Source: Patescibacteria group bacterium
GTDB lineage: Bacteria > Patescibacteriota > Patescibacteriia > Patescibacteriales > UBA12465
Direction of reading: 5' to 3'
DNA: 64,000 bases
Assembly: GCA_038323715.1 (NCBI GenBank)
Contig: JBBQHF010000003.1
Coordinates: 22,489-86,488, forward strand
This document shows positions 7,771-17,184 of the stretch, piece after piece. The notes under the pieces were generated by a model, which had not been told where the DNA came from, searched no databases, and worked only from the letters and a program-made list of their open reading frames with translations. A program made the translations under genes and the position numbers. How positions within the stretch are numbered: the stretch's first letter is position 1; each line of letters starts with the position of its first letter.

Positions 7771-9849
7771 TTACTTACCATTTTTTTCTTTCAACATCTC
7801 TAAAATACTCTTAGGGACTTCAGCGTAGTGGGAAAATTCCATCACATAATTTGCGCGACCCTGACTCATGGATCTTAAACCAGTTGAGTAACCAAACATT
7901 TCTGCTAGAGGAACTTTAGCCTTAACTAATTTAACATTTGCTCTATCAGACATCTCTTCAATTTGTCCACGCTTACTATTTAAATCACCCATTACATTCC
8001 CCATATATTCTTCCGGGGTAGTAACTTCAACTTTCATAATCGGTTCCAGCAAGGCTGGACCTGCCTTCTGACAAGCATCTTTAAAAGCAAAGATGGCTGC
8101 CATTTTAAAGGCGATTTCCGATGAATCAACTTCATGATATGAACCGTAGAAAACAGTCGCTTTAACATCAACCATTGGATATCCCGCTAAAACACCGCTT
8201 AATATTGCTTCCTTAACACCCTTTTCAATCGCTGGAATATATTCACGTGGAATAACACCACCCTTAACTTCATCAATAAATTCAAAACCTTTTCCTTGTT
8301 CATTTGGTTCAACCCGCAATGAACAATGACCATATTGACCACGTCCGCCTGATTGCTTAACGTATTTATTTTCGGCTTCTGCCATCCTGGTAATCGTTTC
8401 ACGATATGATACTTGAGGGTTACCGACGTTAGCTTCAACACCAAATTCTCTCTTCATACGATCAACAATAATTTCCAAATGGAGTTCTCCCATCCCAGAA
8501 ATTAAAACTTGATTTGTTTCCTCATCAGTCTCAACTCTAAAAGTTGGGTCTTCTTCGGCCAAACGTGACAAAGCAACGCCCATCTTTTCTTGATCAGCTT
8601 TAGTTTTAGGTTCAACTGCAATTTTAATAACTGGTTCAGGAAAGACAATTGATTCTAACAATAAATTACTATCCTCGGCACAAAGAGTATTTCCGGTGGT
8701 CGTATTTTTTAAACCAATAACCGCCGCAATATCACCAGCGCAAATTTCTTTAATTTCTTCACGGTGATTAGCGTGCATCCGTACTAAACGTCCAACTCTT
8801 TCTTTTGTTCCTTTAGAAGAATTAGAAATATATGAACCGGCTGTTAAAACGCCCTGATAAACACGGACAAAACAAAGTTTTCCAACAAAAGGGTCAGTCG
8901 CAATTTTGAAAGCTAAACCAACAAAAGGTTTGCCATCATCAGCCGAAATAACGATTTTTTTATCAACATGATCAGCGTCATCAACTTCTAACAATGGGAC
9001 ATCTAGTGGTGATGGTAAGTATTCATTAACCGCATCAAGCACTAATTGAACACCAATGTTTTGTAAAGCGGTGCCACATAAAACTGGGTAAATCGCATTA
9101 GCAATTACCCCCTTACGAATAGCGGCTTTAATTTCTGCTAAGGAAACCTCTTGACCATTTAAAAATTTTTCCATGGTGGCTTCGTCACATTCTACTGCTT
9201 TTTCAACTAATTCAGAATAAAACTCATCAACCTTAGCCTTCATGTCTTCTGGCATTGGAATTTCTTCAATATTAACCCCAAAATGACCAGAAAATTGATA
9301 AGCTTTTTTAGTTAATAAATCAATGACGCCAGTTAAATTATCCTCAGCTCCAATCGGTAATTGCATCGCAACGGCTTTCGGGTTTAATCTAGTTTTGATA
9401 GATTTTAAACTCATGTAAAAATCAGCCCCCATCTTGTCCATCTTATTAACGAAGCAAAGTCTTGGAACTTGATATTTATCAGCTTGGCGCCAAACAGTTT
9501 CAGATTGTGGTTCAACCCCAGCCTGACCATCAAAAACAGCGATAGCACCGTCTAAAACACGCAAAGAACGTTCTACTTCAACCGTAAAGTCAACGTGTCC
9601 AGGAGTATCAATAATATTAATTTTGTTATTCTTCCAGAAACAAGTGGTAGCGGCAGAAGTAATGGTAATCCCTCTTTCCTTTTCTTGTTCCATCCAGTCC
9701 ATTTCCGCAGCCCCTTCGTGCACTTCACCAATTTTATGCTTCTTTCCCGTATAGAAAAGAACGCGTTCGGTGAAAGTTGTTTTACCAGCATCAATGTGAG
9801 CCATGATACCGATGTTTCTAATATTTTCTAGAGAATAATCTCGGGCCAT
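7771..9849 (-). CDS. fusA: Elongation factor G
   Basis: 692 aa; [24 protein letters not shown]..., [13 protein letters not shown]. Confidence 0.97.
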   Translation of the reverse strand: MARDYSLENIRNIGIMAHIDAGKTTFTERVLFYTGKKHKIGEVHEGAAEMDWMEQEKERGITITSAATTCFWKNNKINIIDTPGHVDFTVEVERSLRVLDGAIAVFDGQAGVEPQSETVWRQADKYQVPRLCFVNKMDKMGADFYMSLKSIKTRLNPKAVAMQLPIGAEDNLTGVIDLLTKKAYQFSGHFGVNIEEIPMPEDMKAKVDEFYSELVEKAVECDEATMEKFLNGQEVSLAEIKAAIRKGVIANAIYPVLCGTALQNIGVQLVLDAVNEYLPSPLDVPLLEVDDADHVDKKIVISADDGKPFVGLAFKIATDPFVGKLCFVRVYQGVLTAGSYISNSSKGTKERVGRLVRMHANHREEIKEICAGDIAAVIGLKNTTTGNTLCAEDSNLLLESIVFPEPVIKIAVEPKTKADQEKMGVALSRLAEEDPTFRVETDEETNQVLISGMGELHLEIIVDRMKREFGVEANVGNPQVSYRETITRMAEAENKYVKQSGGRGQYGHCSLRVEPNEQGKGFEFIDEVKGGVIPREYIPAIEKGVKEAILSGVLAGYPMVDVKATVFYGSYHEVDSSEIAFKMAAIFAFKDACQKAGPALLEPIMKVEVTTPEEYMGNVMGDLNSKRGQIEEMSDRANVKLVKAKVPLAEMFGYSTGLRSMSQGRANYVMEFSHYAEVPKSILEMLKEKNGK

Positions 9850-9871
9850 ATTTTAGTTTTATTATTTTTAA

Positions 9872-10339
9872 TTAACGAGAAAAATGAGCGAAAGCCTTGT
9901 TAGCTTCAGCCATTTTATGAACCGCTTCACGTTTTTTAACAGCTGTTCCTTCTCCATTGGAGGCATCTAAAATTTCAGTAGCTAATTTTTCTGCAGTAGA
10001 ACGACCCTTGCGATCATTAGCAGCATTAATAATCCAGTTACAACCTAAGAAATATCTTCTTTCGCCACGAACTTGGAAAGGAACTTGGTAGTTAGCACCA
10101 CCAACTCTTTTACCTCTGACTTCAACCAGTGGAGAAACTTTCTTAATTGCTTTGTTAAAGATATGACGAGGGTCTTGTTTGGTCTTATCTTTTAAAATAT
10201 CAAAAGCGTGATAGACGATGCTCTCGGCTACACTCTTCTTCCCTCTTTCCATGACGTAATTGATAAATTTAGCGATATTCTTGTCGTTATACTTAGAATC
10301 GCCTTCAATTGTTCTTTTTGGAGCTGGTTTTCCTCTCAT
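9872..10339 (-). CDS. rpsG: 30S ribosomal protein S7
   Basis: 155 aa; ...VEVRGKRVGGANYQVPFQVRGERR... is the S7 signature. Confidence 0.95.
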   Translation of the reverse strand: MRGKPAPKRTIEGDSKYNDKNIAKFINYVMERGKKSVAESIVYHAFDILKDKTKQDPRHIFNKAIKKVSPLVEVRGKRVGGANYQVPFQVRGERRYFLGCNWIINAANDRKGRSTAEKLATEILDASNGEGTAVKKREAVHKMAEANKAFAHFSR

Positions 10340-10359
10340 ATATTTAAATTATTTGATAA

Positions 10360-10785
10360 TTATTTGGCCGCTTTTGGTCTTTTAGCGCCGTATGAACTTC
10401 TGCTCTTTCGTCTCGCTTCAACGCCTGACGCATCGTAAACACCACGAACAATTTTATAACGGACACCAGGAAGATCTTTAGTCTTCCCTCCTTTAATTAA
10501 AACGATTGAATGCTCCTGTAAATTATGCCCCATACCAGGGATATAAGCAGTTACTTCCATTCCATTAGACAAACGAACACGAGCAATTTTACGTAAAGCA
10601 GAGTTCGGTTTTTTTGGAGTAGTTGTGGTTACCTTCAAACAGACACCTTGTTTAAACGGGGCGCCTTTAGCAGTCTCTTTCTTCTTGCGATGCAAGGAGT
10701 CAAGGGTCGTGTGAAGAGCAATCGCATTCTTTCGGCTCTTGATTTTTGTCCTCCCTTGTCTGACTAATTGGTTTATAGTTGGCAT
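10360..10785 (-). CDS. rpsL: 30S ribosomal protein S12
   Basis: [12 protein letters not shown]...[22 protein letters not shown]... 141 aa with a ~15-aa insertion near the N-terminus. Confidence 0.95.
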   Translation of the reverse strand: MPTINQLVRQGRTKIKSRKNAIALHTTLDSLHRKKKETAKGAPFKQGVCLKVTTTTPKKPNSALRKIARVRLSNGMEVTAYIPGMGHNLQEHSIVLIKGGKTKDLPGVRYKIVRGVYDASGVEARRKSRSSYGAKRPKAAK

Positions 10786-10903
10786 AATTTTCTTGATTGT
10801 TCGCCCACTCGGAGTCCCGGTTACGAACTTTGCTTATTACTAAATTTTAAATATTAAAATAATCCTGAGCATTCAGGACCTGTCATTTTTTTTACACTAA
10901 TTT

Positions 10904-10932
10904 AATTTAACAAAATATAAAATATAAGTCAA
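10904..10932 (-). promoter_or_regulatory. Candidate str-operon promoter TTGACT-N17-(TGt)TAAATT
   Basis: Read on the minus strand: -35 at 10932-10927, -10 at 10909-10904, with an extended -10 TG. It would give a ~110-nt leader before the rpsL ATG. Confidence 0.45.
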
Positions 10933-10942
10933 GGAGGAATCA

Positions 10943-10987
10943 GTGTATTCTATGAAGTTATCAGCTCTTTTCGTAAATTGTGATTAG
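10943..10987 (+). CDS. Possible 14-codon mini-ORF (MYSMKLSALFVNCD) with strong SD
   Basis: AAGGAGG at 10931-10937, 5 nt before GTG 10943 (in-frame ATG at 10952); stop TAG at 10985-10987. There is no other support. The SD string overlaps the complementary -35 of the str promoter candidate. Confidence 0.2.
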   Translation: MYSMKLSALFVNCD

Positions 10988-11134
10988 CCAAAAATTACCG
11001 TTTGACTTTTTATCAATAAATTGTTAATTTGAAACGATAATTATTTGACGGAAACGCCATATGATTATTGTGTTTTAAAGAACATTAACAAAATAAATAT
11101 TTTAGTATTAACGTTTACCAAAAAAATTGAAATC

Positions 11135-14100
11135 ATGGTAGAAAATTTTTATCGTCTTAGCGACGGGGTTGAGGTTTGTTTCAATATTGAAGTGACTAAA
11201 CCTTTAACACCGACAGAAACGGAAATAATAACTTGGTTGTTATCCGAGACTTTTGAACCGCAAAATTTTGCGCGCACATCCCTGCTGGCTGTTCCCAAGA
11301 TTGAAGTTGGTCCTTTATTAAATTACGCCACTCCTTGGAACACCAATGCTCTCTCTATTTGTCATGCTTGCGGGCTGACAAAAATTACGAGAATTGAGAA
11401 ATCAATTCGCACTCCATTTAACACCCAGGCGGAAGCTGATTTAGCAGCACCCAAACTTGTTGACCGTATGACTCAGGGAATTTATCCTGAGCCCCTCAAA
11501 AGTTTTGATACTGGCCGAAAACCAGAAGCAGTAAAAATTGTCCAAATGATTAATGGCGGACCGGATGAATTATTAAAAATCCCGGGGCTCTCAATGGACG
11601 CGGCGGATCGTGAATTCTACTTCCACTATTTTGTGGAACTAGAAAAAAGAAATCCCACAATTGTAGAGATTATGGATTTAAACAATGCGAACTCCGAACA
11701 TTGCCGGCACGGTTATTTCAAGGGTCAGCAAATTATTGACGGCAAAACTATGCCAGAAACGCTGATGGAAATCGTGAAATCAACGCTGGATGCTAATCCA
11801 AATAATTCTATTTTAGCATTCTGTGACAACTCCTCGGGACTTGAGGGCTTCACAAGCAGATTTTTAGTGCCTAAACACCCCGGGCAAAGATCAGCCTTTG
11901 AAATGCAAAAGAAATCGATGCACTTCATATTCACGGCCGAGACGCACAATTTCCCGACTACAATCTCTCCTTACGCCGGAGCCGAAACCGGAACTGGCGG
12001 ACGCATTAGAGATATTCAGGCAACCGGACGCGGTGGTTTAACCGTGGCTGGTTCAACGGGATATTACGTAGGTAATCTTTACATCCCAGGCTATAAACTG
12101 CCTTGGGAACAAGAAGGTTGGGACTATCCGAGTAATGTTGCTAATGGATTAAAAATCATGATTGAGGGCTCTAATGGGGCTTCTGATTATGGTAATAAGT
12201 TTGGTGAACCAGTAATTAACGGAACAGCGGCTTCAGTGGGCATTATGCTTCCTGACGGCGAAAGACAAGAATACATTAAGGCTATTCTTGAAACTGGCGG
12301 CTTAGGGATGCTGGATGACAGGCATATTGAAAAAGATGAAGCGCAGCCAGGGATGCTAATTGTTCAAGTTGGTGGTCCGGCTTATCGAATTGGTTTTGGC
12401 GGTGGCTCTGCCTCTTCCTTAAGCCAAGGCGATCAAGCTGAGAGTCTTGACTTCAATGCTGTTCAACGCGGCGATGGTGAAATGGGCCAAAAGGTCAATC
12501 GCGTTATTCGCGCTTGCGTGGAAATGGGAAGCGACAATCCAATTGTCATTGTCCATGACCAAGGTGCTGGTGGTCCCGCTAATGTCCTAAAAGAATTGGT
12601 AGAAAAGTATGGCGGCGAAATTGATATTAGAAAAATCAAAGTCGGCGACCCAACGTTATCAGTTCTGGAAATTTGGATTTGCGAGTATCAAGAACGCAAC
12701 GGCTTTATTATCGCCGAACATCGTCTTGAAGAATTCCAAACTATTTGCAAGCGTGAAAAAGTAAATTGTGAGGTGCTCGGTGAAGTAACTTTTGATGGCT
12801 ATTTTACAGTCAAAGATAGTAACGACGGGAGCACGCCAGTTGAGTTAGATTTAAATCAAGTTTTAGGGGGTTTGCCTCAAAAGATTTTTAGAGATGAACA
12901 TATTTCCAGAAAACTGATTGAATTAGAACTACCACAAGACTTTACGATTGAAGATGGTCTGGAAAGAATCTTAAAACTGGTCTCAGTTGGTTCCAAAGAT
13001 CATCTGACCGCCAAGGTTGATAGAAGTGTTACTGGTTTAATCGCGCAACAGCAATGTTGCGGTTCGGTTCAAATTCCAGTCGCTGATTTTGGGATTATTT
13101 CTCAAAGTCATTTCTTTGACTACTGCGGTAACTACCCAGGAGCAGTCACGGCCATCGGAGAAAAGCATCTGGAAATGATGCTTAACCCTCAAGCGGCGGC
13201 GCGAATGACAATTGCGGAAATGTTAACCAATATGGCTCCGGCAGTAATTTACAGCGGGCTGGAAAGCATTAAAATTTCTGCTAATTGGATGTGGGCCCCT
13301 AAGCTTCCAGGCGAGGGCGCGCGTTTATATGATGCGGCTGTCGCCTTGCGCGATATGATGGTGAAGCTAGAAATTGCGATTGATGGCGGTAAAGACAGCT
13401 TGTCTATGGCTACCAGAGTTACCCATTCTGACGGGACAACCGAGATTGTAAAATCTCCTAGTCAATTAATTTTATCCGGCTATGCGCCAATGGATGACAT
13501 TACTAAAAAAGTAACGCCCGATATTAAGCACCCTGGAAAAAGTTATTTAATCAGAGTAGACCTCGCTCAAGGACAGCGTCGTTTAGGCGGCTCGGCTTTA
13601 GCTCAAGCTTACAGCCAAATTGGGAATAACTACCCTGATATTAAGGCTGATATTCTCAAGCATGGCTTTAATGCCATTCAGGAATTAGTGATTAACGATT
13701 TAATTTCTGCCTGTCATGACATTAGTAAGGGCGGCTTAATCACTACCGTTTTGGAAATGGCGTTTGCTGGCAACTGCGGTTTCAATATTAATTTTGAAAC
13801 AACCGTGCCTTTAATTGCTGAACTGTTTGCAGAAGAAGCCGGCTGGGTAATTGAATGTCCAGTTGATGATTGGGATGAGGCCGCTAAAATTTTGAAGAGC
13901 TATCAAATTCCCTATCAAAAACTGGGGTCAACTATGGTTCTCAAAGAAATTGTGGTCGCAAAAGATCAGGAAGTTATTTTCTTTAATGGTATGGAAATTC
14001 TCCGAGAAAAATGGGGAGAAACCAGCCATCAACTGGAAAAACTACAAATTACTGAAGGTTTGGCTAAGACTAAAAAAGTTAACATTAATTATCGCGCTGG

Positions 14101-14971
14101 TGCTAAATACAAATTAAATTTCGCACCCAAGAGCACTGGAAAATGGTTATTCAAAGTTACTCAACCTAAAGTAGCCATCATCCGTGAAGAGGGGTCTAAT
14201 GGTGACCGAGAAATGACCGCCGCTTTTTATCTCGCTGGTTTTGATGTCTATGACATTACGATGAGCGATTTATTATTAGGCGTGGCCGACTTGGATGAAT
14301 TCCAAATGGTAGCGTTTGTTGGTGGCTTTAGTTATGCCGACGTTTTAGATTCCGCTAAGGGTTGGGCCGGGGTAGTAAAGTTCAACGAAACGTTGAAACA
14401 AATGTTTGAAGATTTCTTTCTTCGTCCCAACACACTTTCGCTCGGAATTTGCAACGGCTGTCAGTTCGTTGCTTTGACTGGTCTTATGTTCCCAGAACTG
14501 CCCCCAGAAGAACAACCACGATTCATTAAAAACGATTCCGGTCGTTTTGAAAGCCACTTTTTGACTGTCAAAATTGCGGAAAGTCCCGCGGTTATGCTTC
14601 AAGGAATGGAAGGCTCAACTTTAGGGGTTTGGTCAGCACACGGAGAAGGTAAAGTTTTCTTTCCTGACAGAAAAATGTTGGTGAATGGAATTGATATCTT
14701 CGGTAATAATTTAGCTCCAATTCGTTACGCGCTGGATGATGGAGAAATTGCTAACTATAACAATTATCCCTTCAACCCTAACGGCTCTCCCGATGGCATT
14801 GCCGGACTCTGTAGCAAAGATGGTCGTCATTTAATTATGATGCCTCACCCAGAAAGGGCTTTCCTTCCCTGGCAATGGGCTTATTGGCCAAAAGAATGGT
14901 CAGAGCTTGAAACCTCTCCTTGGTTACAAATGTTCCAAAACGCCAGAGCGTGGTGCGAAGAATATAAATAA
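11135..14971 (+). CDS. purL: Phosphoribosylformylglycinamidine (FGAM) synthase, large single-chain type
   Basis: 1278 aa from the ATG at 11135 (the track TTG start at 11045 is rejected). FGAM synthetase repeats are present (SEHCRHGYF, TAETHNFPT, GGRIRD). The C-terminal glutaminase carries GICNGCQ and MMPHPER. Confidence 0.93.
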   Translation: MVENFYRLSDGVEVCFNIEVTKPLTPTETEIITWLLSETFEPQNFARTSLLAVPKIEVGPLLNYATPWNTNALSICHACGLTKITRIEKSIRTPFNTQAEADLAAPKLVDRMTQGIYPEPLKSFDTGRKPEAVKIVQMINGGPDELLKIPGLSMDAADREFYFHYFVELEKRNPTIVEIMDLNNANSEHCRHGYFKGQQIIDGKTMPETLMEIVKSTLDANPNNSILAFCDNSSGLEGFTSRFLVPKHPGQRSAFEMQKKSMHFIFTAETHNFPTTISPYAGAETGTGGRIRDIQATGRGGLTVAGSTGYYVGNLYIPGYKLPWEQEGWDYPSNVANGLKIMIEGSNGASDYGNKFGEPVINGTAASVGIMLPDGERQEYIKAILETGGLGMLDDRHIEKDEAQPGMLIVQVGGPAYRIGFGGGSASSLSQGDQAESLDFNAVQRGDGEMGQKVNRVIRACVEMGSDNPIVIVHDQGAGGPANVLKELVEKYGGEIDIRKIKVGDPTLSVLEIWICEYQERNGFIIAEHRLEEFQTICKREKVNCEVLGEVTFDGYFTVKDSNDGSTPVELDLNQVLGGLPQKIFRDEHISRKLIELELPQDFTIEDGLERILKLVSVGSKDHLTAKVDRSVTGLIAQQQCCGSVQIPVADFGIISQSHFFDYCGNYPGAVTAIGEKHLEMMLNPQAAARMTIAEMLTNMAPAVIYSGLESIKISANWMWAPKLPGEGARLYDAAVALRDMMVKLEIAIDGGKDSLSMATRVTHSDGTTEIVKSPSQLILSGYAPMDDITKKVTPDIKHPGKSYLIRVDLAQGQRRLGGSALAQAYSQIGNNYPDIKADILKHGFNAIQELVINDLISACHDISKGGLITTVLEMAFAGNCGFNINFETTVPLIAELFAEEAGWVIECPVDDWDEAAKILKSYQIPYQKLGSTMVLKEIVVAKDQEVIFFNGMEILREKWGETSHQLEKLQITEGLAKTKKVNINYRAGAKYKLNFAPKSTGKWLFKVTQPKVAIIREEGSNGDREMTAAFYLAGFDVYDITMSDLLLGVADLDEFQMVAFVGGFSYADVLDSAKGWAGVVKFNETLKQMFEDFFLRPNTLSLGICNGCQFVALTGLMFPELPPEEQPRFIKNDSGRFESHFLTVKIAESPAVMLQGMEGSTLGVWSAHGEGKVFFPDRKMLVNGIDIFGNNLAPIRYALDDGEIANYNNYPFNPNGSPDGIAGLCSKDGRHLIMMPHPERAFLPWQWAYWPKEWSELETSPWLQMFQNARAWCEEYK

Positions 14972-14990
14972 TCAATAATTATTTAAGCAC

Positions 14991-15027
14991 AGCCCCTATT
15001 GTCTAACGACGATAGGGGCTTTTTATT
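14991..15027 (+). terminator. Rho-independent terminator of purL
   Basis: agcccctat (14991-14999) pairs with ataggggct (15012-15020) and is followed by ttttt. Confidence 0.8.
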
Positions 15028-15043
15028 TAAATATTGCCCTATC

Positions 15044-15072
15044 TTGACAAAATAATATAAATATGATATAAT
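15044..15072 (+). promoter_or_regulatory. Consensus sigma70-type promoter TTGACA-N17-(TGa)TATAAT
   Basis: TTGACA at 15044-15049, a 17-nt spacer ending in TGa, and TATAAT at 15067-15072. It lies 66 nt upstream of the lipoprotein ATG. Confidence 0.75.
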
Positions 15073-15137
15073 AATCACACAAAAATGAACTTTTACAAAT
15101 AATAGATACTAGTATTCACCAAAAAAAATCATTAAAA

Positions 15138-16064
15138 ATGAAAACACATTTTTTCAGGAATTTCTCAGTTACCGCAATTACCTTAATAGGTTTAATTGCC
15201 TGTTTATTTAATTTTGCCTCTTGTAGCAAAACGGAAGACGAACTTCCAGCTCCAAGCGAAAAGTTAAAAATTTTTATGTCCGTGCCGACTCAAAATGTCA
15301 ACGGACTGAAATCCGCTACAACAAGTGGCGAGCACCTGGAGATTGCCGATGGCGACACCGTAAAACTTAAAAATGTTACAAATCTCAACATTATCCTGGA
15401 GGTATTAAATTATCGCGGCGATAAAGTTGATGGTTCGTGGAGCATGAGAATGGAAGACTCTGATCATGGATATGCCTACAGAGACTTTAACAGTGTGTCT
15501 GACGAAGGGTCACTCGCAACTTTAAGGATAAAAAACTTAGGGCTATTCTTAATTATCTTTGTTCCAAAAATTGGAGAGAGGATAACTATTTATGTTGAAA
15601 ATTCAGGTATCCCCGGAGGAACTGGTGATGATGGCGAAAACAATTATGCGTTTCGCTTAGACAAGGGTCAATATTTTATTGATAATGATGGACCATTTAA
15701 TGGCTATACTTTGTATGTGAGGCTCACCGAAAATGAGTTCCCTCACCAACCAGGAAGTCAAAATTTCGACCCTTCAGCCATTTCTAGTTACTTCGCCTTA
15801 CTGTTTACCAGCAACACCAATCTTTACACCTTGGGCCCTAATACTTGGTATGGAGTTACAAAGTTTAATTTGACACCATGCAAATATTCTCTCGGGTATG
15901 TTTACTTTACGTTTATTAGTAAAGACATGCCGCCTATGAGTGATGGTCGTTACCAAATCATTTATGGTTCTGGTATTTACGGAGTTGACTGGTACGGATT
16001 TACCTCCGTAAGGGAGTCGAGCTTTAGTAAGCATGGAACATTGATTAGTTTTATGCCTATTTAA
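15138..16064 (+). CDS. Hypothetical lipoprotein
   Basis: 308 aa. Signal peptide with lipobox ...IACLFNFAS-C-SKTEDE. No recognisable domain. The gene has its own promoter and flanking terminators. Confidence 0.7.
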   Translation: MKTHFFRNFSVTAITLIGLIACLFNFASCSKTEDELPAPSEKLKIFMSVPTQNVNGLKSATTSGEHLEIADGDTVKLKNVTNLNIILEVLNYRGDKVDGSWSMRMEDSDHGYAYRDFNSVSDEGSLATLRIKNLGLFLIIFVPKIGERITIYVENSGIPGGTGDDGENNYAFRLDKGQYFIDNDGPFNGYTLYVRLTENEFPHQPGSQNFDPSAISSYFALLFTSNTNLYTLGPNTWYGVTKFNLTPCKYSLGYVYFTFISKDMPPMSDGRYQIIYGSGIYGVDWYGFTSVRESSFSKHGTLISFMPI

Positions 16065-16099
16065 TAGTAGGATAAAACAAAAAAACAAAACAACACAAA

Positions 16100-16133
16100 A
16101 GACCCGTCTCTTCCAAGATTCGGGTCTATTTTT
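16100..16133. terminator. Bidirectional terminator between convergent lipoprotein and M50 protease genes
   Basis: agacccg (16100-16106) pairs with cgggtct (16121-16127). T-runs follow on both strands (tattttt on plus; ttttgtgttgtttt on minus). Confidence 0.6.
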
Positions 16134-16153
16134 ATATAAAAATTATTTATTCC

Positions 16154-16750
16154 CTACCCTGCTATTAATTTAAACAAAAAATTAACTGGCCCGCTAATCA
16201 GTCCTCCAAAAAGCATGACCGCAATAATTACAAAAATAAAACCCATTCTCTCAGCGCTCAAATATTTAGCCCGAATATGAGGAGGCAAGAAAACCGCTAA
16301 AATTTTAGAGCCATCTAAAGGCGGGATGGGTAGTAAATTAAACACCATTAACAATAAATTAATATAAATAATTACTCCAATTAAACCCGAAAAGGTTAGG
16401 CTTATAAAGGGCATGATTTTAAGTATTAATCCAAAAACTAAAGCGATAGCTAGGTTGCCCATTGGCCCAGCCAAAGCAACTTTTGCTTCCCCGTATTTTT
16501 TATCAGACAAATTGTAAGGATTATATGGCACTGGTTTAGCCCAAGCAATTAAAAACGGCATATGAGATAAAACCATCATCAATGGTAAGAAAAAAGACCC
16601 AAACCACTCAAGGTGAGCCAAGGGATTTATAGTTAGGCGACCAGCGTCTTTAGCGGTATTATCGCCTAAACGATGAGCCATAAAACCATGCAAATATTCA
16701 TGGATTACAGCCGAAAAGATTAAGACTATTATTTGAAATATTTCTATCAT
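16154..16750 (-). CDS. Site-2 protease family (peptidase M50) membrane metalloprotease
   Basis: 198 aa; HEYLHG (HExxH) and NLLPIPPLDG motifs; multiple TM segments. Confidence 0.85.
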   Translation of the reverse strand: MIEIFQIIVLIFSAVIHEYLHGFMAHRLGDNTAKDAGRLTINPLAHLEWFGSFFLPLMMVLSHMPFLIAWAKPVPYNPYNLSDKKYGEAKVALAGPMGNLAIALVFGLILKIMPFISLTFSGLIGVIIYINLLLMVFNLLPIPPLDGSKILAVFLPPHIRAKYLSAERMGFIFVIIAVMLFGGLISGPVNFLFKLIAG

Positions 16751-16771
16751 ATTAAGATATCATAACATAAC

Positions 16772-16800
16772 TTGATTAATTTTAAAAATGCTGTTAGAAT
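16772..16800 (+). promoter_or_regulatory. Promoter TTGATT-N17-(TGt)TAGAAT for rpmB
   Basis: TTGATT at 16772-16777, a 17-nt spacer ending in TGt, and TAGAAT at 16795-16800. Confidence 0.55.
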
Positions 16801-16830
16801 AAAACCATTAAAATAAGCAAATAAACGAAT

Positions 16831-17130
16831 ATGGGAAAAAAATGTGATTTATGCGGACGAAGCTCAACTAAAGGGGCTAGCCGTTCTCATTCCAAAATTA
16901 AAACTCTAAAGAGACAAAATATCAACTTGCAAAGCAAGGTTATTGAAGGTGTGAAGGCCAAGGTCTGTACTTCTTGTATGAGAACGATGGCTAAGCCGGT
17001 CAGAGTCAAAACCAAAAGAAAACCAGCCTTAAAAGTTGGTGAAATCGCGACTATCAGAAAGACTGGTAAAAAAGTTGTTAAGGTAGCTAAGGTTGCTAAA
17101 GCGACGACCACCGCTAAAGCAAAAAAATAA
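16831..17130 (+). CDS. rpmB: 50S ribosomal protein L28 with Lys/Ala-rich C-terminal extension
   Basis: MGKKCDLCGRSSTKGASRSHSKIKTLKRQNINLQ... is an L28 core. At 99 aa it is about 35 aa longer than usual. Confidence 0.85.
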   Translation: MGKKCDLCGRSSTKGASRSHSKIKTLKRQNINLQSKVIEGVKAKVCTSCMRTMAKPVRVKTKRKPALKVGEIATIRKTGKKVVKVAKVAKATTTAKAKK

Positions 17131-17150
17131 AATCAAAATTTTTAAAATCT

Positions 17151-17181
17151 AAAATCCCGCTAACAGCGGGATTTTTGTTTT
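17151..17181. terminator. Bidirectional terminator between rpmB and comEC
   Basis: aaaatcccgc/taaca/gcgggatttt followed by tgtttt; A-run upstream and T-run downstream. Confidence 0.8.
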
Positions 17182-17184
17182 ACC

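Noticed and set aside
10863-10895. A plus-strand hairpin, tcctga-gcat-tcagga, followed some nt later by tttttttt, considered as a plus-strand terminator.
   Set aside because: There is no plus-strand gene upstream to terminate, and the T-run is 7 nt away from the stem. It is more sensibly read as part of the minus-strand rpsL leader.
11045-11134. The 30-codon N-terminal extension of PurL from a TTG start in the ORF track. Similar TTG/GTG-extended starts were given for tuf, rplV, rplW, rplQ, infA, murB, mreB2, mreD, the S8 protease, the ASCH protein and the fusA-tuf ORF.
   Set aside because: In each case an in-frame ATG gives the canonical family N-terminus or removes an overlap with the upstream gene. 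The extensions are not conserved-looking.
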